Assembly: GCF_945285465.1 (NCBI RefSeq)
Contig: NZ_CALYQK010000002.1
Span: 2,544-66,543, forward strand
DNA: 64,000 nucleotides
DNA from: an uncultured Bartonella sp.
Lineage (GTDB): Bacteria > Pseudomonadota > Alphaproteobacteria > Rhizobiales > Rhizobiaceae
Direction of reading: 5' to 3'
In this document: in pieces, positions 9,864-20,482 of the stretch
Layout: the number at the start of each line of letters is the position of its first letter
Position numbering within the stretch: position 1 is the first letter of the stretch
Translations under genes and position numbers: made by a program
The notes under the pieces: generated by a model
What the model was told of the DNA's origin: nothing
The model's input: only the letters and a program-made list of their open reading frames with translations
The model's database searches: none

Positions 9864-11093
9864 ATGGTTTGGCTCATTGACCAAACACCAATCATAGTGG
9901 GGGCTGGAATTGCCGGCTTGAGCTCAGCTTTGGCATTGGCTCATAAAGGCATAAAAACACTTGTTCTGGAAAGTCGTGACCAGCTGACCGAAGTTGGTGC
10001 CGGTATACAACTTGCTCCAAACGCTACACGTCTTTTAAAAAACTGGGGTGTTCTGGAACCGCTTATGGACGTTGGTGTACAGGCGCATTTTCTTGAATTA
10101 AGAGATGGAATGTCGGCAAAAACACGTCTACGCGTTGACCTTGAAGACGTTTCAAAGCGACGTTGGCATGCACCTTACCTGACAATCCATCGTGCCGACC
10201 TGCAAAAGATACTTTTCCAAAAAGCACAGGAACACCCGTTAATAGATATAAAACTTGGCGAAAAAGTCATTGCTGCGGCAAAAGCTGCACCAAATGTCGC
10301 AGAAATTCTGGTGGAACATAATGGTATGCAGCGTATATTGTCAACACCGCTTATTATTGGTTGCGATGGCATTTGGTCCAAGTTGCGACAATTTCCTCCT
10401 TTAAATGAGCGTGCCAGTTTTACAGGTTATATAGCTTGGCGAGGCACCGTTAATGTCGATAACCTTCCAAAAGATCTGGCTAATTCTTTTATCGACATGA
10501 AAACAGTTACCGCATGGATGGGGCCGTTCAATCATCTTGTCGCTTATCCGTTACAAGCCGGAAAATCATTCAATTTTGTGGCAATCACCGAAGGTGATGA
10601 TCCCGGCCGCGTTTGGTCCCGAGCAGGTGATAAAAAAGACCTTATTAACAGTTTTAAAATTTGGCACCCTGCAGTGCATGCGATTTTCAATACCGTGGAT
10701 AAGTGGACCTTTTGGCCGCTTTTTCAAATGCAAAAACATCGCTTTTTTGGCAAAGACCTTCGCGTTTTTGTTGGTGATGCCTCGCATGGTTTTTTACCAT
10801 TCGCCGCACAAGGCGCCGCAATGGCTATTGAAGATGCTGCTGCTTTGGCCGAAGTGCTGAAAATGGGCAATCTCGATTTGATGTCCCAAATCAAGCTATA
10901 CGAAAATGTTCGTAAAGCGCGTGTTGATGCCGTGAACAAGAGAGGCGCATTCAATCGTTTTGTCTATCATGCTACCGGCCCAGTTGCCACAGCACGAAAC
11001 ATAGTCATGAAATTAGGTTCGCCAGAACGTTTTATGGCTCACCTTGATTGGCTTTACGGGTATGATGCAGCGGCAGTTGGCGAAAACCAATAA
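9864..11093 (+). CDS. FAD-dependent monooxygenase (salicylate hydroxylase-like)
   Basis: GAGIAG, EVGAGIQL, IHRADL, GCDG, GDASH..PFAAQGAAMAIEDA. Start set to ATG 9864 after GAGGA. Confidence 0.9.
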   Translation: MVWLIDQTPIIVGAGIAGLSSALALAHKGIKTLVLESRDQLTEVGAGIQLAPNATRLLKNWGVLEPLMDVGVQAHFLELRDGMSAKTRLRVDLEDVSKRRWHAPYLTIHRADLQKILFQKAQEHPLIDIKLGEKVIAAAKAAPNVAEILVEHNGMQRILSTPLIIGCDGIWSKLRQFPPLNERASFTGYIAWRGTVNVDNLPKDLANSFIDMKTVTAWMGPFNHLVAYPLQAGKSFNFVAITEGDDPGRVWSRAGDKKDLINSFKIWHPAVHAIFNTVDKWTFWPLFQMQKHRFFGKDLRVFVGDASHGFLPFAAQGAAMAIEDAAALAEVLKMGNLDLMSQIKLYENVRKARVDAVNKRGAFNRFVYHATGPVATARNIVMKLGSPERFMAHLDWLYGYDAAAVGENQ

Positions 11094-11095
11094 TA

Positions 11096-11854
11096 TCATA
11101 AAATTTGGCTGAGAAAAGCTTTAGCGCGTTCATGCACTGGATGATCGAAAAACTCATCTGGTGCAGCAACTTCTAAAATCTGGCCTTCATCCATAAAGAT
11201 GACCTTGTCAGCTACCAGTCTGGCAAAACCCATTTCGTGGGTTACGCATAACATCGTCATGCCGTTTTCCGCCAGATCAATCATTGTATCCAAAACTTCC
11301 TTGATCATTTCCGGATCTAGGGCCGATGTCGGTTCGTCAAATAGCATAACGCGCGGTTGCATACATAAAGAACGTGCAATTGCAACACGCTGCTGTTGCC
11401 CGCCAGAGAGTTGCAAGGGATATTTATTGGCTTGTTCGGGAATTTTTACGCGTTCTAAAAAATACATAGCCTGCTCTTCGGCTTTACGTCTTCCCATATG
11501 CTTTACCCAGATAGGGGCGAGAACACAATTTTCCAATACCGTCAAATGCGGAAATAAATTGAAATGTTGAAAAACCATACCGACATTACGCCGAATTTTG
11601 TTAAGGTTCCACATGCCGTGGGTAAGTGGAATGCCTGTTACCGTGATGTCGCCTTGTTGAGCGCGTTCAAGCCCATTTATGCACCGTATCAATGTCGATT
11701 TTCCCGAGCCAGAGGGCCCTGAAATAATGACTCGTTCTTTTGGCTTTACCTCTAATTCAATGTCACGCAACACATGTAAATTGCCGTACCATTTGTTCAC
11801 ATGATGCATCGACACTTCTAGTTGCTGATTGTTGGTATTTACGGATTTTTGCAA
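11096..11854 (-). CDS. aapP: General L-amino acid ABC transporter ATPase
   Basis: [25 protein letters not shown]. Last gene of the aap operon. Confidence 0.92.
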   Translation of the reverse strand: MQKSVNTNNQQLEVSMHHVNKWYGNLHVLRDIELEVKPKERVIISGPSGSGKSTLIRCINGLERAQQGDITVTGIPLTHGMWNLNKIRRNVGMVFQHFNLFPHLTVLENCVLAPIWVKHMGRRKAEEQAMYFLERVKIPEQANKYPLQLSGGQQQRVAIARSLCMQPRVMLFDEPTSALDPEMIKEVLDTMIDLAENGMTMLCVTHEMGFARLVADKVIFMDEGQILEVAAPDEFFDHPVHERAKAFLSQIL

Positions 11855-11857
11855 CTT

Positions 11858-13018
11858 TTATTCCTCCACGGGATTTGTTTTCGGCGCATTCAATCTGCGT
11901 TCGATAAAGTGGGCATAACGTGACATACCAAAACAAAACCCCCAAAATACAAGTCCGATAAAAACCATTCCTGTCAATGGTGTTTGCGGCGTACTCCATT
12001 GTGCTTGTTGAATCGCCTGACGAACAATTCCCAATAGATCAAACATCCCGATAATATAAACGAGACTTGTTTCTTTAAACATGCCGATGAGAACGTTGAT
12101 GATTCCGGGAACAACAAGGCTATAAGCCTGCGGCAGGATGACAAGGACCATCATTTTTACATAACCAAGTCCGAGTGATTGAGCCGCTTCATACTGGCCA
12201 CGCGGTATAGCCTGCACCCCCCCGCGCACAACTTCGGCAATATAGGCAGAAGTAAATAACGCCACTCCCAACAGCGCCCGTAAAAATTTGTCGAATGTCA
12301 TATCTTGCGGCAAAAACAAAGGAAGCATTACGCTTGCTATAAAAAGGACAGCTACCAGCGGTATACCGCGAACCGTCTCGATAAAAACCACCGATAGAAT
12401 ATGAATGACAGGCAATTTCGACCGTCGTCCGAGCGCAAGAATACTGCCTAACGGCAGCGAGATTGTTATACTGCAATATGCTATCGTCAGCGTTACAAGA
12501 AGGCCTCCCCAAAGTTGTGTTTCAATAATTTGGAGATGGAAAAAACCGCCAAACAGCAAAAAGTAGCCGACAAAAGGAACGAAGAATAACGAAAGCAATG
12601 CATTGAAAAACTTGTGCGGCACTGATGGCATCAAAAGCGGTAGATTGATTAAAATAACAATCAAAGCCATCACATTGACGCGCCAGCGTTCGGACAGCGG
12701 ATATCGACCATAAATGAATTGCCAGAAATTTGCTTTGACAAATGCCCAACACGCCCCGCTCCAGCCATTTGGCATCTCACCACCCTGCTCCATTGTCGTA
12801 CATGCCCGACGATCATCACCGGTCCAGACTGCACTTAAAACCATCCAGTTGATAAGTGGAACCAGGCAATAAATCAGTGCACATCCAAGCAAGATACTTA
12901 CTACGCAATTTAACGGCGTCGAAAACAAATTATATCGCAACCAACGCCAAATGCCGCGTTCGAGAATGGGCGGTGGGGCGGCAGGAATAAACTTATGTTG
13001 AACAAACCGGCTATCCAT
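11858..13018 (-). CDS. aapM: General L-amino acid ABC transporter permease
   Basis: WLRYNLFST, GACW, YGRYP..ERWR, AEVVRGG..AIPRGQYEAA. Confidence 0.92.
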   Translation of the reverse strand: MDSRFVQHKFIPAAPPPILERGIWRWLRYNLFSTPLNCVVSILLGCALIYCLVPLINWMVLSAVWTGDDRRACTTMEQGGEMPNGWSGACWAFVKANFWQFIYGRYPLSERWRVNVMALIVILINLPLLMPSVPHKFFNALLSLFFVPFVGYFLLFGGFFHLQIIETQLWGGLLVTLTIAYCSITISLPLGSILALGRRSKLPVIHILSVVFIETVRGIPLVAVLFIASVMLPLFLPQDMTFDKFLRALLGVALFTSAYIAEVVRGGVQAIPRGQYEAAQSLGLGYVKMMVLVILPQAYSLVVPGIINVLIGMFKETSLVYIIGMFDLLGIVRQAIQQAQWSTPQTPLTGMVFIGLVFWGFCFGMSRYAHFIERRLNAPKTNPVEE

Positions 13019-14215
13019 TTAGCGCTCCACTAGTGCCATATGGCGGTTAAACCAGTTCATAAACAAAGAGACGACAATACTGAGCCCGAGATAAACTTCA
13101 ATCCATATTACCGCCAATTCGACTGACTGTCCGGTTCTTTCCATAATGGTGCTCGAGACCATCATCAACTCGGAATATCCAACGGCAGCACCCAGCGACG
13201 TATTTTTTACAAGATTCATATACTGGCTGGCGAGCGGCGGGATGACAATGCGCATTGCCAGAGGAAGTATAATCAAACGCATGATGAGCCCATTCGATAA
13301 GCCAAGCGAAGCCCCTGCTTCAATCATACCTTTATCAACACCTTGAATACCGGCGCGAATTGTTTCGGCAATCAATGCACCGGTATAAATTGACAAAGCC
13401 AGATAAAGCGACAAAAATTCGGGCGATATATAATAGCCTCCACTAAAGTTGAAGCCTTTGAGTGTCGGAATCTCGAAGCCGGTTGGCCAGGCAAGCAGGA
13501 CAAACAAAACAAGTGGCAGCAAAATTCCGATAATCAAAATATAAGACCATTTGACCCTTGTTTTGCCGGTCTCGCGCAGCATCCGGCGCGCGTAAAAATA
13601 GAGAAAAAACGCTACGACAATCAAAAAAGCCGCCAGAACGCCAAATGCAAGTACATGCTCACCCCATATCGGACGAGGCAGGTAGATTCCCCTAATATTG
13701 ATTGCACTGCCAAAAAAATGAAGACTTTGTCGCGCCGATGGCGAAATCTGCATAACACCTATCGACCAAAAAAACAGCAGCACAAGCGGGGGAATATTAC
13801 GAAAAAATTCGACATAGCAAAGAGATAGTTTGGCCACCAGCCAATTTTTTGACAAACGACCGATTCCAACAAAAAGTCCAATAAAAGTAGCAGTTACAAG
13901 GCTGATTAAAGAAATAAAAACCAGATTAACGAGACTGGCGCCGATCACCTCGCCATTTGTTGCATTATCATCATATTGAATAATACTTGACGGTTGATTG
14001 AATCCGGCTCGTTTGTCAAGAAAATCGAAACCTGAAGCAATACCCGAAGCGCGCAGATTGATAATTGTGTTGTGCGTAACCCACCGGATAACGAAAAAAA
14101 GTAGAATAAGTACCAGAAGCTGAATACCGAGCGATATAAGCGAACGCACGCCGAAAAAGGCAGTAAAAGCTGCCTTCAGACTACGTTCGCCAGTTTCTGA
14201 ATTAAATTTTTCCAT
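13019..14215 (-). CDS. aapQ: General L-amino acid ABC transporter permease
   Basis: GIASGFDFL..RAGF, YVEFFRNIP, AETIRAGI.GV.KG..EA. Confidence 0.92.
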   Translation of the reverse strand: MEKFNSETGERSLKAAFTAFFGVRSLISLGIQLLVLILLFFVIRWVTHNTIINLRASGIASGFDFLDKRAGFNQPSSIIQYDDNATNGEVIGASLVNLVFISLISLVTATFIGLFVGIGRLSKNWLVAKLSLCYVEFFRNIPPLVLLFFWSIGVMQISPSARQSLHFFGSAINIRGIYLPRPIWGEHVLAFGVLAAFLIVVAFFLYFYARRMLRETGKTRVKWSYILIIGILLPLVLFVLLAWPTGFEIPTLKGFNFSGGYYISPEFLSLYLALSIYTGALIAETIRAGIQGVDKGMIEAGASLGLSNGLIMRLIILPLAMRIVIPPLASQYMNLVKNTSLGAAVGYSELMMVSSTIMERTGQSVELAVIWIEVYLGLSIVVSLFMNWFNRHMALVER

Positions 14216-14241
14216 TATCTATGACAAAGCGGACAGGTCTA

Positions 14242-15273
14242 TCAACGAATTGGAAGACCGTATTGCAAGCCGCCTTTTGTCCATAAGGCGTTGATACCGC
14301 GAGATATTTTTAATGGCGTATTCTGGCCGATATTGCGTTCAAAAATCTCGCCATAATTGCCGACTGCTTTTATAATTTTCACCGCCCAATCGTTGTCTAG
14401 ACCTAAATCTTTACCAATAGTATTACCCTGTTCGGCACCTAATAACCGACGAATATCCTGATTATCCGACTTTACCATGTCGTCAACATTCGTTTGTGTA
14501 ATACCAAACTCTTCGGCGTTCAAAAGCGCATTATGTGTCCAGCGTACAACATCGGCCCATTGTGGGTCGCCCTGTCTTACTGCCGGTCCGAATGGTTCTT
14601 TTGAAATTATTTGCGGCAAAACAACATGATCTTCCGGATTTTTCAGCTGCAAGCGCAAGCCATAGAGAGACGATTGATCGGTGGTATAAACATCGCAACG
14701 GCCTGCATCATAGGCCTGATTGACTTCGGTAAATTTATCAAAAACAACAGGTGTATATTCCATTTTATTATTTCGGAAATAATCAGCCAGAGTAAGTTCT
14801 GTCGACGTACCGGACTGGACGCAGATTGAAGCACCAGAAAGTTGAAGCGCCGATGTAATTCCTTCAAGATTATTTTTATTGATCATGAAACCTTGGCCGT
14901 CATAATAATTAACGCCAACAAAATCCAGCCCCAATGCGGTTTCGCGATTGATTGTCCATGTCGTATTGCGAATTAGAACGTCGATTTCGCCCGATTGCAA
15001 TGCGGTGAAACGTTCCTTTGAACTTAGCGGGACGAACTTCACTTTATCGCCATTGCCAAAAACGGCAGCAGCAACTGCACGGCAATAATCAACATCAAAT
15101 CCCGTCCAATGTCCTTTTTCATCCGGTATGGAAAAGCCGGCAAGGCCTGTACTTACACCACATTGCAAATATCCCCGTGTCTTTACGTCATCCAAAGTGC
15201 CTGCCATAGCCGGAACACATCCCAGCGCAGCTACGCCAACACCGATTGCGGTGATGTAAGTTCTAAAAGCCAT
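14242..15273 (-). CDS. aapJ: General L-amino acid ABC transporter periplasmic binding protein
   Basis: Signal peptide, GFDVDYCRAVAAA, RFTALQSGE, RNTTWT, ISKEP.GP. Confidence 0.93.
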   Translation of the reverse strand: MAFRTYITAIGVGVAALGCVPAMAGTLDDVKTRGYLQCGVSTGLAGFSIPDEKGHWTGFDVDYCRAVAAAVFGNGDKVKFVPLSSKERFTALQSGEIDVLIRNTTWTINRETALGLDFVGVNYYDGQGFMINKNNLEGITSALQLSGASICVQSGTSTELTLADYFRNNKMEYTPVVFDKFTEVNQAYDAGRCDVYTTDQSSLYGLRLQLKNPEDHVVLPQIISKEPFGPAVRQGDPQWADVVRWTHNALLNAEEFGITQTNVDDMVKSDNQDIRRLLGAEQGNTIGKDLGLDNDWAVKIIKAVGNYGEIFERNIGQNTPLKISRGINALWTKGGLQYGLPIR

Positions 15274-15451
15274 AACGTCCTACTCCTACGTTTGAAAAAA
15301 TATTTGCCTACATCGAAAAGCATTATTCTCTTCAGGTCAAGCAAATAGGTTCCTGCAATTTACCGAAAACAAGAACAGAATTTGCTTGACGTCACTTTAG
15401 TTTTATCACTGATTAATATAAAGCGCCTTTAAAAATTGGAAAGTTCAAACA

Positions 15452-16621
15452 ATGACCTCGGCAAAAATTTTCAGTCATGCTGGCATCAACACTCAACTCG
15501 CCCATAACGGCAATAATCCGCAGGATTATTTCGGTTTTGTCAATCCACCCGTTGTTCATGCATCTACAGTCTTGTTTCCTGACGCGGAAACACTGAAAAA
15601 CGAACAACAGCGCTACACCTACGGAACGCATGGCACACCGACAACCGATGCGCTCTGTCATGCCGTTGACCAACTTGAGGGTTCGGTAAAAACTGTTCTG
15701 GTACCATCAGGACTTGCGGCGATAACAGTCCCGCTGTTGGGAGCACTTGGCTCAGGCGATCATGCTTTGATTGTTGATTCTGTTTACGGTCCAACACGCC
15801 GTTTTGCCAACACGATTTTGAAAAAATGCGGCATTGAAGTGGAATATTACGATCCGTTAATTGGCAAATCAATCGAACAGCTTATGAAACCGAATACCAA
15901 AGTTGTTTTTACCGAATCTCCCGGATCAAATACATTTGAAATACAGGATATTCCGGCAATTGCTCAAATTGCCCACACTTATGGTGCACTCGTTTTGATG
16001 GACAACACCTGGGCCACTCCCGTTTATTTCAAGCCATTGAAACATGGTGTCGATATTTCGATTATGGCGGCAACGAAATATCCGGCTGGCCATTCCGATA
16101 TTTTAATGGGCTTTATTTCTGCCAATGAACGGGCCAAAAATATTGTCGAACGCGCCCATATGGTGTTGGGAATGTGTGTTTCCGGCGACGACGCCTACAA
16201 TACTTTGCGTTCAATGCGCACTCTTGGCATCAGACTAGGCCATCAAAGCAAAACAGCGTTCGATCTGGCCCGATGGCTAGAAACGATGCCGCAAGTGGCC
16301 AAGGTGCTCCATCCTGCCCTTACCCGCCATGTCGGGCATGATATTTGGCAACGCGATTTTTCCGGAGCCTCGTCGCTATTTTCAATTGTGTTGAAAGGCG
16401 GCGGCGAAAAAGAAGCTCATGCATTTCTTAACGCTCTGAACATTTTCGGGCTCGGTTATTCCTGGGGTGGTTACGAAAGTCTTGCTGTCGAAGTCAACCT
16501 TGAAGACAGAACCATAAAACGTAAATATTCCGGGCCAATACTGCGTTTGCAAATCGGAATTGAAGATTTTGACGATCTTAAAGCCGACATTGAACAAGCA
16601 CTTATTGCAACAAAGTTATAA
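15452..16621 (+). CDS. metC: Cystathionine beta-lyase
   Basis: VNPPVVHAST, ESPGSNTFE, DNTW, ATKY (PLP Lys), GYSWGGYESL. Divergent from aapJ as in rhizobia. Confidence 0.94.
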   Translation: MTSAKIFSHAGINTQLAHNGNNPQDYFGFVNPPVVHASTVLFPDAETLKNEQQRYTYGTHGTPTTDALCHAVDQLEGSVKTVLVPSGLAAITVPLLGALGSGDHALIVDSVYGPTRRFANTILKKCGIEVEYYDPLIGKSIEQLMKPNTKVVFTESPGSNTFEIQDIPAIAQIAHTYGALVLMDNTWATPVYFKPLKHGVDISIMAATKYPAGHSDILMGFISANERAKNIVERAHMVLGMCVSGDDAYNTLRSMRTLGIRLGHQSKTAFDLARWLETMPQVAKVLHPALTRHVGHDIWQRDFSGASSLFSIVLKGGGEKEAHAFLNALNIFGLGYSWGGYESLAVEVNLEDRTIKRKYSGPILRLQIGIEDFDDLKADIEQALIATKL

Positions 16622-16746
16622 GCTTGTTTGCTATTTATTCGACGGCTCGAACAAAGTGCATATTGTTAACAAAACAAAGTGCACCTTGCTATCAATTGAA
16701 TAAATTAATTTTTATATTGTTACGGCAATAGTTGAACTGGTTTTTC

Positions 16747-19700
16747 TTAAACAAGTTCAACATCAACCACACCATGTACCGTTTTCATTGCACCGGCAAC
16801 TTGCGGCGTAACACGATATTTGTGTGGTAAGGAAATTTCCACTTCCTGCGCACCATTATCTTTGATGACGATCAAACCAACATCGCCATCACCACCGCGC
16901 TCAAGACTGTTCCCGATTTCCTCGATCATATCGGCATTCCGAACAAATATTCGCATTGTTTTATGAATACGTTCGGCTTCATTTTCCAAAGACTGCACGG
17001 TATTTATGCGCAAACTGATTCCTTCCGGCCTGTTTTCAGCACCAACGGTAATGACAACCGATTGCCCCGGCTCCAACATATCGCCAAAAGCACTCAACCC
17101 CTCGGAAAACAGGATCGCTTCATATTGACCCGTCGAATCGGAAAACTGGATAATGCCCATTTTTTTCCCTGACTTGGTTTTTCTAACCTGTTTGGCACTA
17201 ACTGTACCGGCTAGTCGCCCCGCATCCGCTCCACGGCGCACAGCGTTTGAAAAATCAACCCAGCTTTGAACACGCAATTTTTGCAATACATCCTTATATT
17301 CATCCAAAGGATGCGCAGATAGATAAAAGCCGATTGCCTGAAATTCCAGATGGAGTTTTTCAGATGGCAGCCATGGTTTTGCCTGAGGCAAGACGAGTGG
17401 TTCTTTTGGCCCGCCATTCATGCCAAAAATATCTGTCTGGCCACTGCGGCTATCATCAAGCACACGTAACGCCCGGGCGTTTATGATCTCGAGACCGGCA
17501 ATCAGAACCTCCCGCGCAATATGAAAACAGTCGAAAGCACCGGCATGAATGAGACTTTCCATGACACGTTTATTGATAATACGCGGATCTGTGCGCTCGC
17601 AAAAATCTTCCAGATCTTTAAATGGTTTTTCTCCCCTTTTTTCAACAATGTGGTCTACGGCTGGTTCTCCAACTCCTTTTATTGCCGCCAGCGAATAATA
17701 GATACGCTTGTCGCCAACTTCAAAGACACGATAGGATGTCTGGACAGATGGTGGGACAACCTCAATACCCAGTCTGGTTGCCTCACGACGAAAATCATTC
17801 AATTTTTCCGTGTTTCCCATTTCATAGGTCATTGAGGCTGCCAAAAACTCGACGGGAAAATGGGCTTTCATATAGGCAGTTTGATAAGATACGAAAGCAT
17901 AGGCTGCCGCGTGCGATTTATTGAACCCGTAATCGGCAAATTTGGCCAACAGATCGAAGATCGAATTTGCCTGATTTTTGTCCACTCCCCGCTCAACTGC
18001 ACCATCCACAAAATGGGTGCGTTGCTTTTCCATTTCGGCATGGATTTTCTTGCCCATTGCCCGTCGCAAAAGATCTGCTTCACCAAGAGAATAGCCGGCA
18101 AGAACTTGCGCTATCTGCATTACCTGTTCTTGATAAACGATAACGCCTTGCGTTTCTTTGACCAAATAATCAATCTTCGGATGAATGGATGCTATCTCTT
18201 CCTCACCATGTTTGCGTGCAATATAGGTGGGAATATTTTCCATTGGCCCGGGACGATAAAGTGCGACAAGTGCCGTGATATCCTCGATGCGGTCCGGTTT
18301 CATCCCGATAAGTGCTTTACGCATACCTGCACTTTCCACCTGAAAAACGGCAACCGTTTCGCCGCGTGTAAGCATGTCATAGGTAAGCTTGTCATCAAGC
18401 GGAATATGCGACAGATCAATCTTGATACCTTTTCGCCCAACAAAATCGACCGCAGTTTTTAAAACTGTAAGCGTTTTTAACCCTAAAAAGTCGAACTTGA
18501 CCAAACCGGCTTTTTCAACAAATTTCATATTGAACTGCGTAACCGGCATATTGGAACGTGGATCACGATACATCGGTACAAGTTGCCATAGCGGACGGTC
18601 ACCAATAACAATACCGGCCGCATGGGTCGATGTATGGCGATAAAGCCCCTCAAGTTGCAAGGCAATATCCAGCAAACGGCCGACAAGCGGGTCTTTTTTC
18701 TTTTCTTCCTCAAACTTCGGTTCGTCTTTGATCGCTTTTTCCAGCTCTACATTGTTACCCGGGGTTTGTGGCACCAATTTCGATAAATAATCGACCTGCC
18801 GGTAGGGCATCTCCAACACCCGTCCGACATCGCGAATAACTGCTCTTGCCTGCAACTTTCCTAAAGCAATGATTTGCGCCACTTGTTCTTTGCCATATTT
18901 GCATTGAACATAATGAATCACTTCTTCACGGCGGTTTTGGCAAAAATCGACATCAAAATCCGGCATGGAGACGCGTTCAGGATTAAGAAAGCGTTCAAAC
19001 AGCAACGAAAAACGCAACGGGTCAATATCGGTGATAGTCAGTGCATAAGCCACAAGTGAACCAGCACCCGAACCGCGCCCGGGTCCTACCGGAATATCAT
19101 GCGCTTTGGCCCATTTGATAAAGTCGGAAACGATAAGAAAATATCCGGGAAACTGCATTTTTGTAATAATAGACAGTTCATAATCGAGCCGTTCTTCATA
19201 ATCTTTAATGCTATAGCCCTCAGAAACCCCGACTGTTTCCATACGCATCTTTAGCCCGTCTTTGGCCTGACGCACCAGTTCGTCCGCTTCAGCCTGAACT
19301 GCGGCGTTGGGATCATTCGATTGTCCGGTAAAACGCGGCAAAATCGGTTTTCTTGTAGGTGTGAAAGCATGGCAGCGCAAAGCAATTTCAACGGTGTTTT
19401 CAAGTGCTTCGGGAATATCCGAAAAAAGCTCGATCATCTCCTCTTGTGTTTTCAGATAATGGTCTGGTGTAACACGGTGTCTGTCGGGATTGGACACAAT
19501 TTGTCCCTCGGCAATTGCCAGAAGCGCATCATGGGCTTCATAGCCACTTTGGTCTTTAAAATAGGCCTCATTGGTCGCAACGAGAGGAATATTGTATTTA
19601 TAGGCAAGCTCGACAAGCGCTTTCTCGGTTTGACGATCATAATTGCCATGACGCTGTAATTCTATATAGAGCCGGTCACCAAAAGCTCTTTTTAGCAATG

Positions 19701-20235
19701 TCAAACGTTCGATTGCGCGCTCTTTTTTATCATCCACCAATGCACTATTGATAGGGCCCCCAGGTCCTCCGGTTAATGCAATAACGCCTTCGCTTAATTC
19801 CTCAAACCATTCAAAACGCGCATTTGCCGGATCATTTTCTCTTTTGTCGAGATAAGCGCGGCTGACAAGATGGACCAGATTGTCATAACCGGTTTGTGAG
19901 GCAGCAAGCAGGACAACCGACGTAAAATTGGACGGATAACGCCACTTGGTTAGACGCGGGTCGTAGCCGACATCATCAAAATCAATTGGCAGTTGGCAGC
20001 CGATAATTGGCTGCACGCCATCGGCAAAACAATATTGCGTAAATTCGAGCGCGCCAAAAAGATTATTGGTATCGGTAATTGCAATAGCTGGCGCATGGTC
20101 ATGAACGGCATATTTGACAAGCTCTTTTACTTTCAAAGCGCCTTCCAACAATGAATAGGCCGAATGAACTCGCAAATGGATAAAACGGGGATAAGGATAT
20201 GTTTCTTCTTTCTTGCTATTCACGTCGCTAGACAC
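16747..20235 (-). CDS. dnaE: DNA polymerase III alpha subunit (replicative)
   Basis: HLRVHSAYSLLEG PHP domain, GPGRGSGAGS, PDFDVDF, KFDFLGL, FNKSH, OB fold, 1162 aa. Confidence 0.97.
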   Translation of the reverse strand: MSSDVNSKKEETYPYPRFIHLRVHSAYSLLEGALKVKELVKYAVHDHAPAIAITDTNNLFGALEFTQYCFADGVQPIIGCQLPIDFDDVGYDPRLTKWRYPSNFTSVVLLAASQTGYDNLVHLVSRAYLDKRENDPANARFEWFEELSEGVIALTGGPGGPINSALVDDKKERAIERLTLLKRAFGDRLYIELQRHGNYDRQTEKALVELAYKYNIPLVATNEAYFKDQSGYEAHDALLAIAEGQIVSNPDRHRVTPDHYLKTQEEMIELFSDIPEALENTVEIALRCHAFTPTRKPILPRFTGQSNDPNAAVQAEADELVRQAKDGLKMRMETVGVSEGYSIKDYEERLDYELSIITKMQFPGYFLIVSDFIKWAKAHDIPVGPGRGSGAGSLVAYALTITDIDPLRFSLLFERFLNPERVSMPDFDVDFCQNRREEVIHYVQCKYGKEQVAQIIALGKLQARAVIRDVGRVLEMPYRQVDYLSKLVPQTPGNNVELEKAIKDEPKFEEEKKKDPLVGRLLDIALQLEGLYRHTSTHAAGIVIGDRPLWQLVPMYRDPRSNMPVTQFNMKFVEKAGLVKFDFLGLKTLTVLKTAVDFVGRKGIKIDLSHIPLDDKLTYDMLTRGETVAVFQVESAGMRKALIGMKPDRIEDITALVALYRPGPMENIPTYIARKHGEEEIASIHPKIDYLVKETQGVIVYQEQVMQIAQVLAGYSLGEADLLRRAMGKKIHAEMEKQRTHFVDGAVERGVDKNQANSIFDLLAKFADYGFNKSHAAAYAFVSYQTAYMKAHFPVEFLAASMTYEMGNTEKLNDFRREATRLGIEVVPPSVQTSYRVFEVGDKRIYYSLAAIKGVGEPAVDHIVEKRGEKPFKDLEDFCERTDPRIINKRVMESLIHAGAFDCFHIAREVLIAGLEIINARALRVLDDSRSGQTDIFGMNGGPKEPLVLPQAKPWLPSEKLHLEFQAIGFYLSAHPLDEYKDVLQKLRVQSWVDFSNAVRRGADAGRLAGTVSAKQVRKTKSGKKMGIIQFSDSTGQYEAILFSEGLSAFGDMLEPGQSVVITVGAENRPEGISLRINTVQSLENEAERIHKTMRIFVRNADMIEEIGNSLERGGDGDVGLIVIKDNGAQEVEISLPHKYRVTPQVAGAMKTVHGVVDVELV

Positions 20236-20374
20236 GTTTACGCCTTTTTTGAATTAGAATTTTCGTTTAATGATATTTTCAAATTTCGCCAACTTCTTTT
20301 GCTCTAAAACAATCACTTTTCAAACGGAAATCCGAAATGAACAGCAATGAAAGGAGGCTGTGGCATCAATCATT

Positions 20375-20461
20375 CTAAAACGTTATCAGCCAAATTCCTA
20401 CCGTTGTCACGAACAAACTCACAGAAACAAAGGACAAAACATCATATAAAATATCAGACAT
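20375..20461 (-). CDS. 28-aa hydrophobic small protein MSDILYDVLSFVSVSLFVTTVGIWLITF, putative SidA-like SOS cell-division inhibitor
   Basis: Manual translation. GAAAGG RBS 8 nt before the ATG, one uncharged stretch of TM length, LexA-boxed promoter just upstream and dnaE just downstream. Confidence 0.72.
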   Translation of the reverse strand: MSDILYDVLSFVSVSLFVTTVGIWLITF

Positions 20462-20482
20462 TCGTATAACCTTTCATGCTTT

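Noticed and set aside
16747-20235. Error-prone DnaE2 / imuABC cassette, suggested by the LexA box
   Set aside because: Length and motifs fit the replicative alpha subunit, and no imuA/imuB are adjacent.
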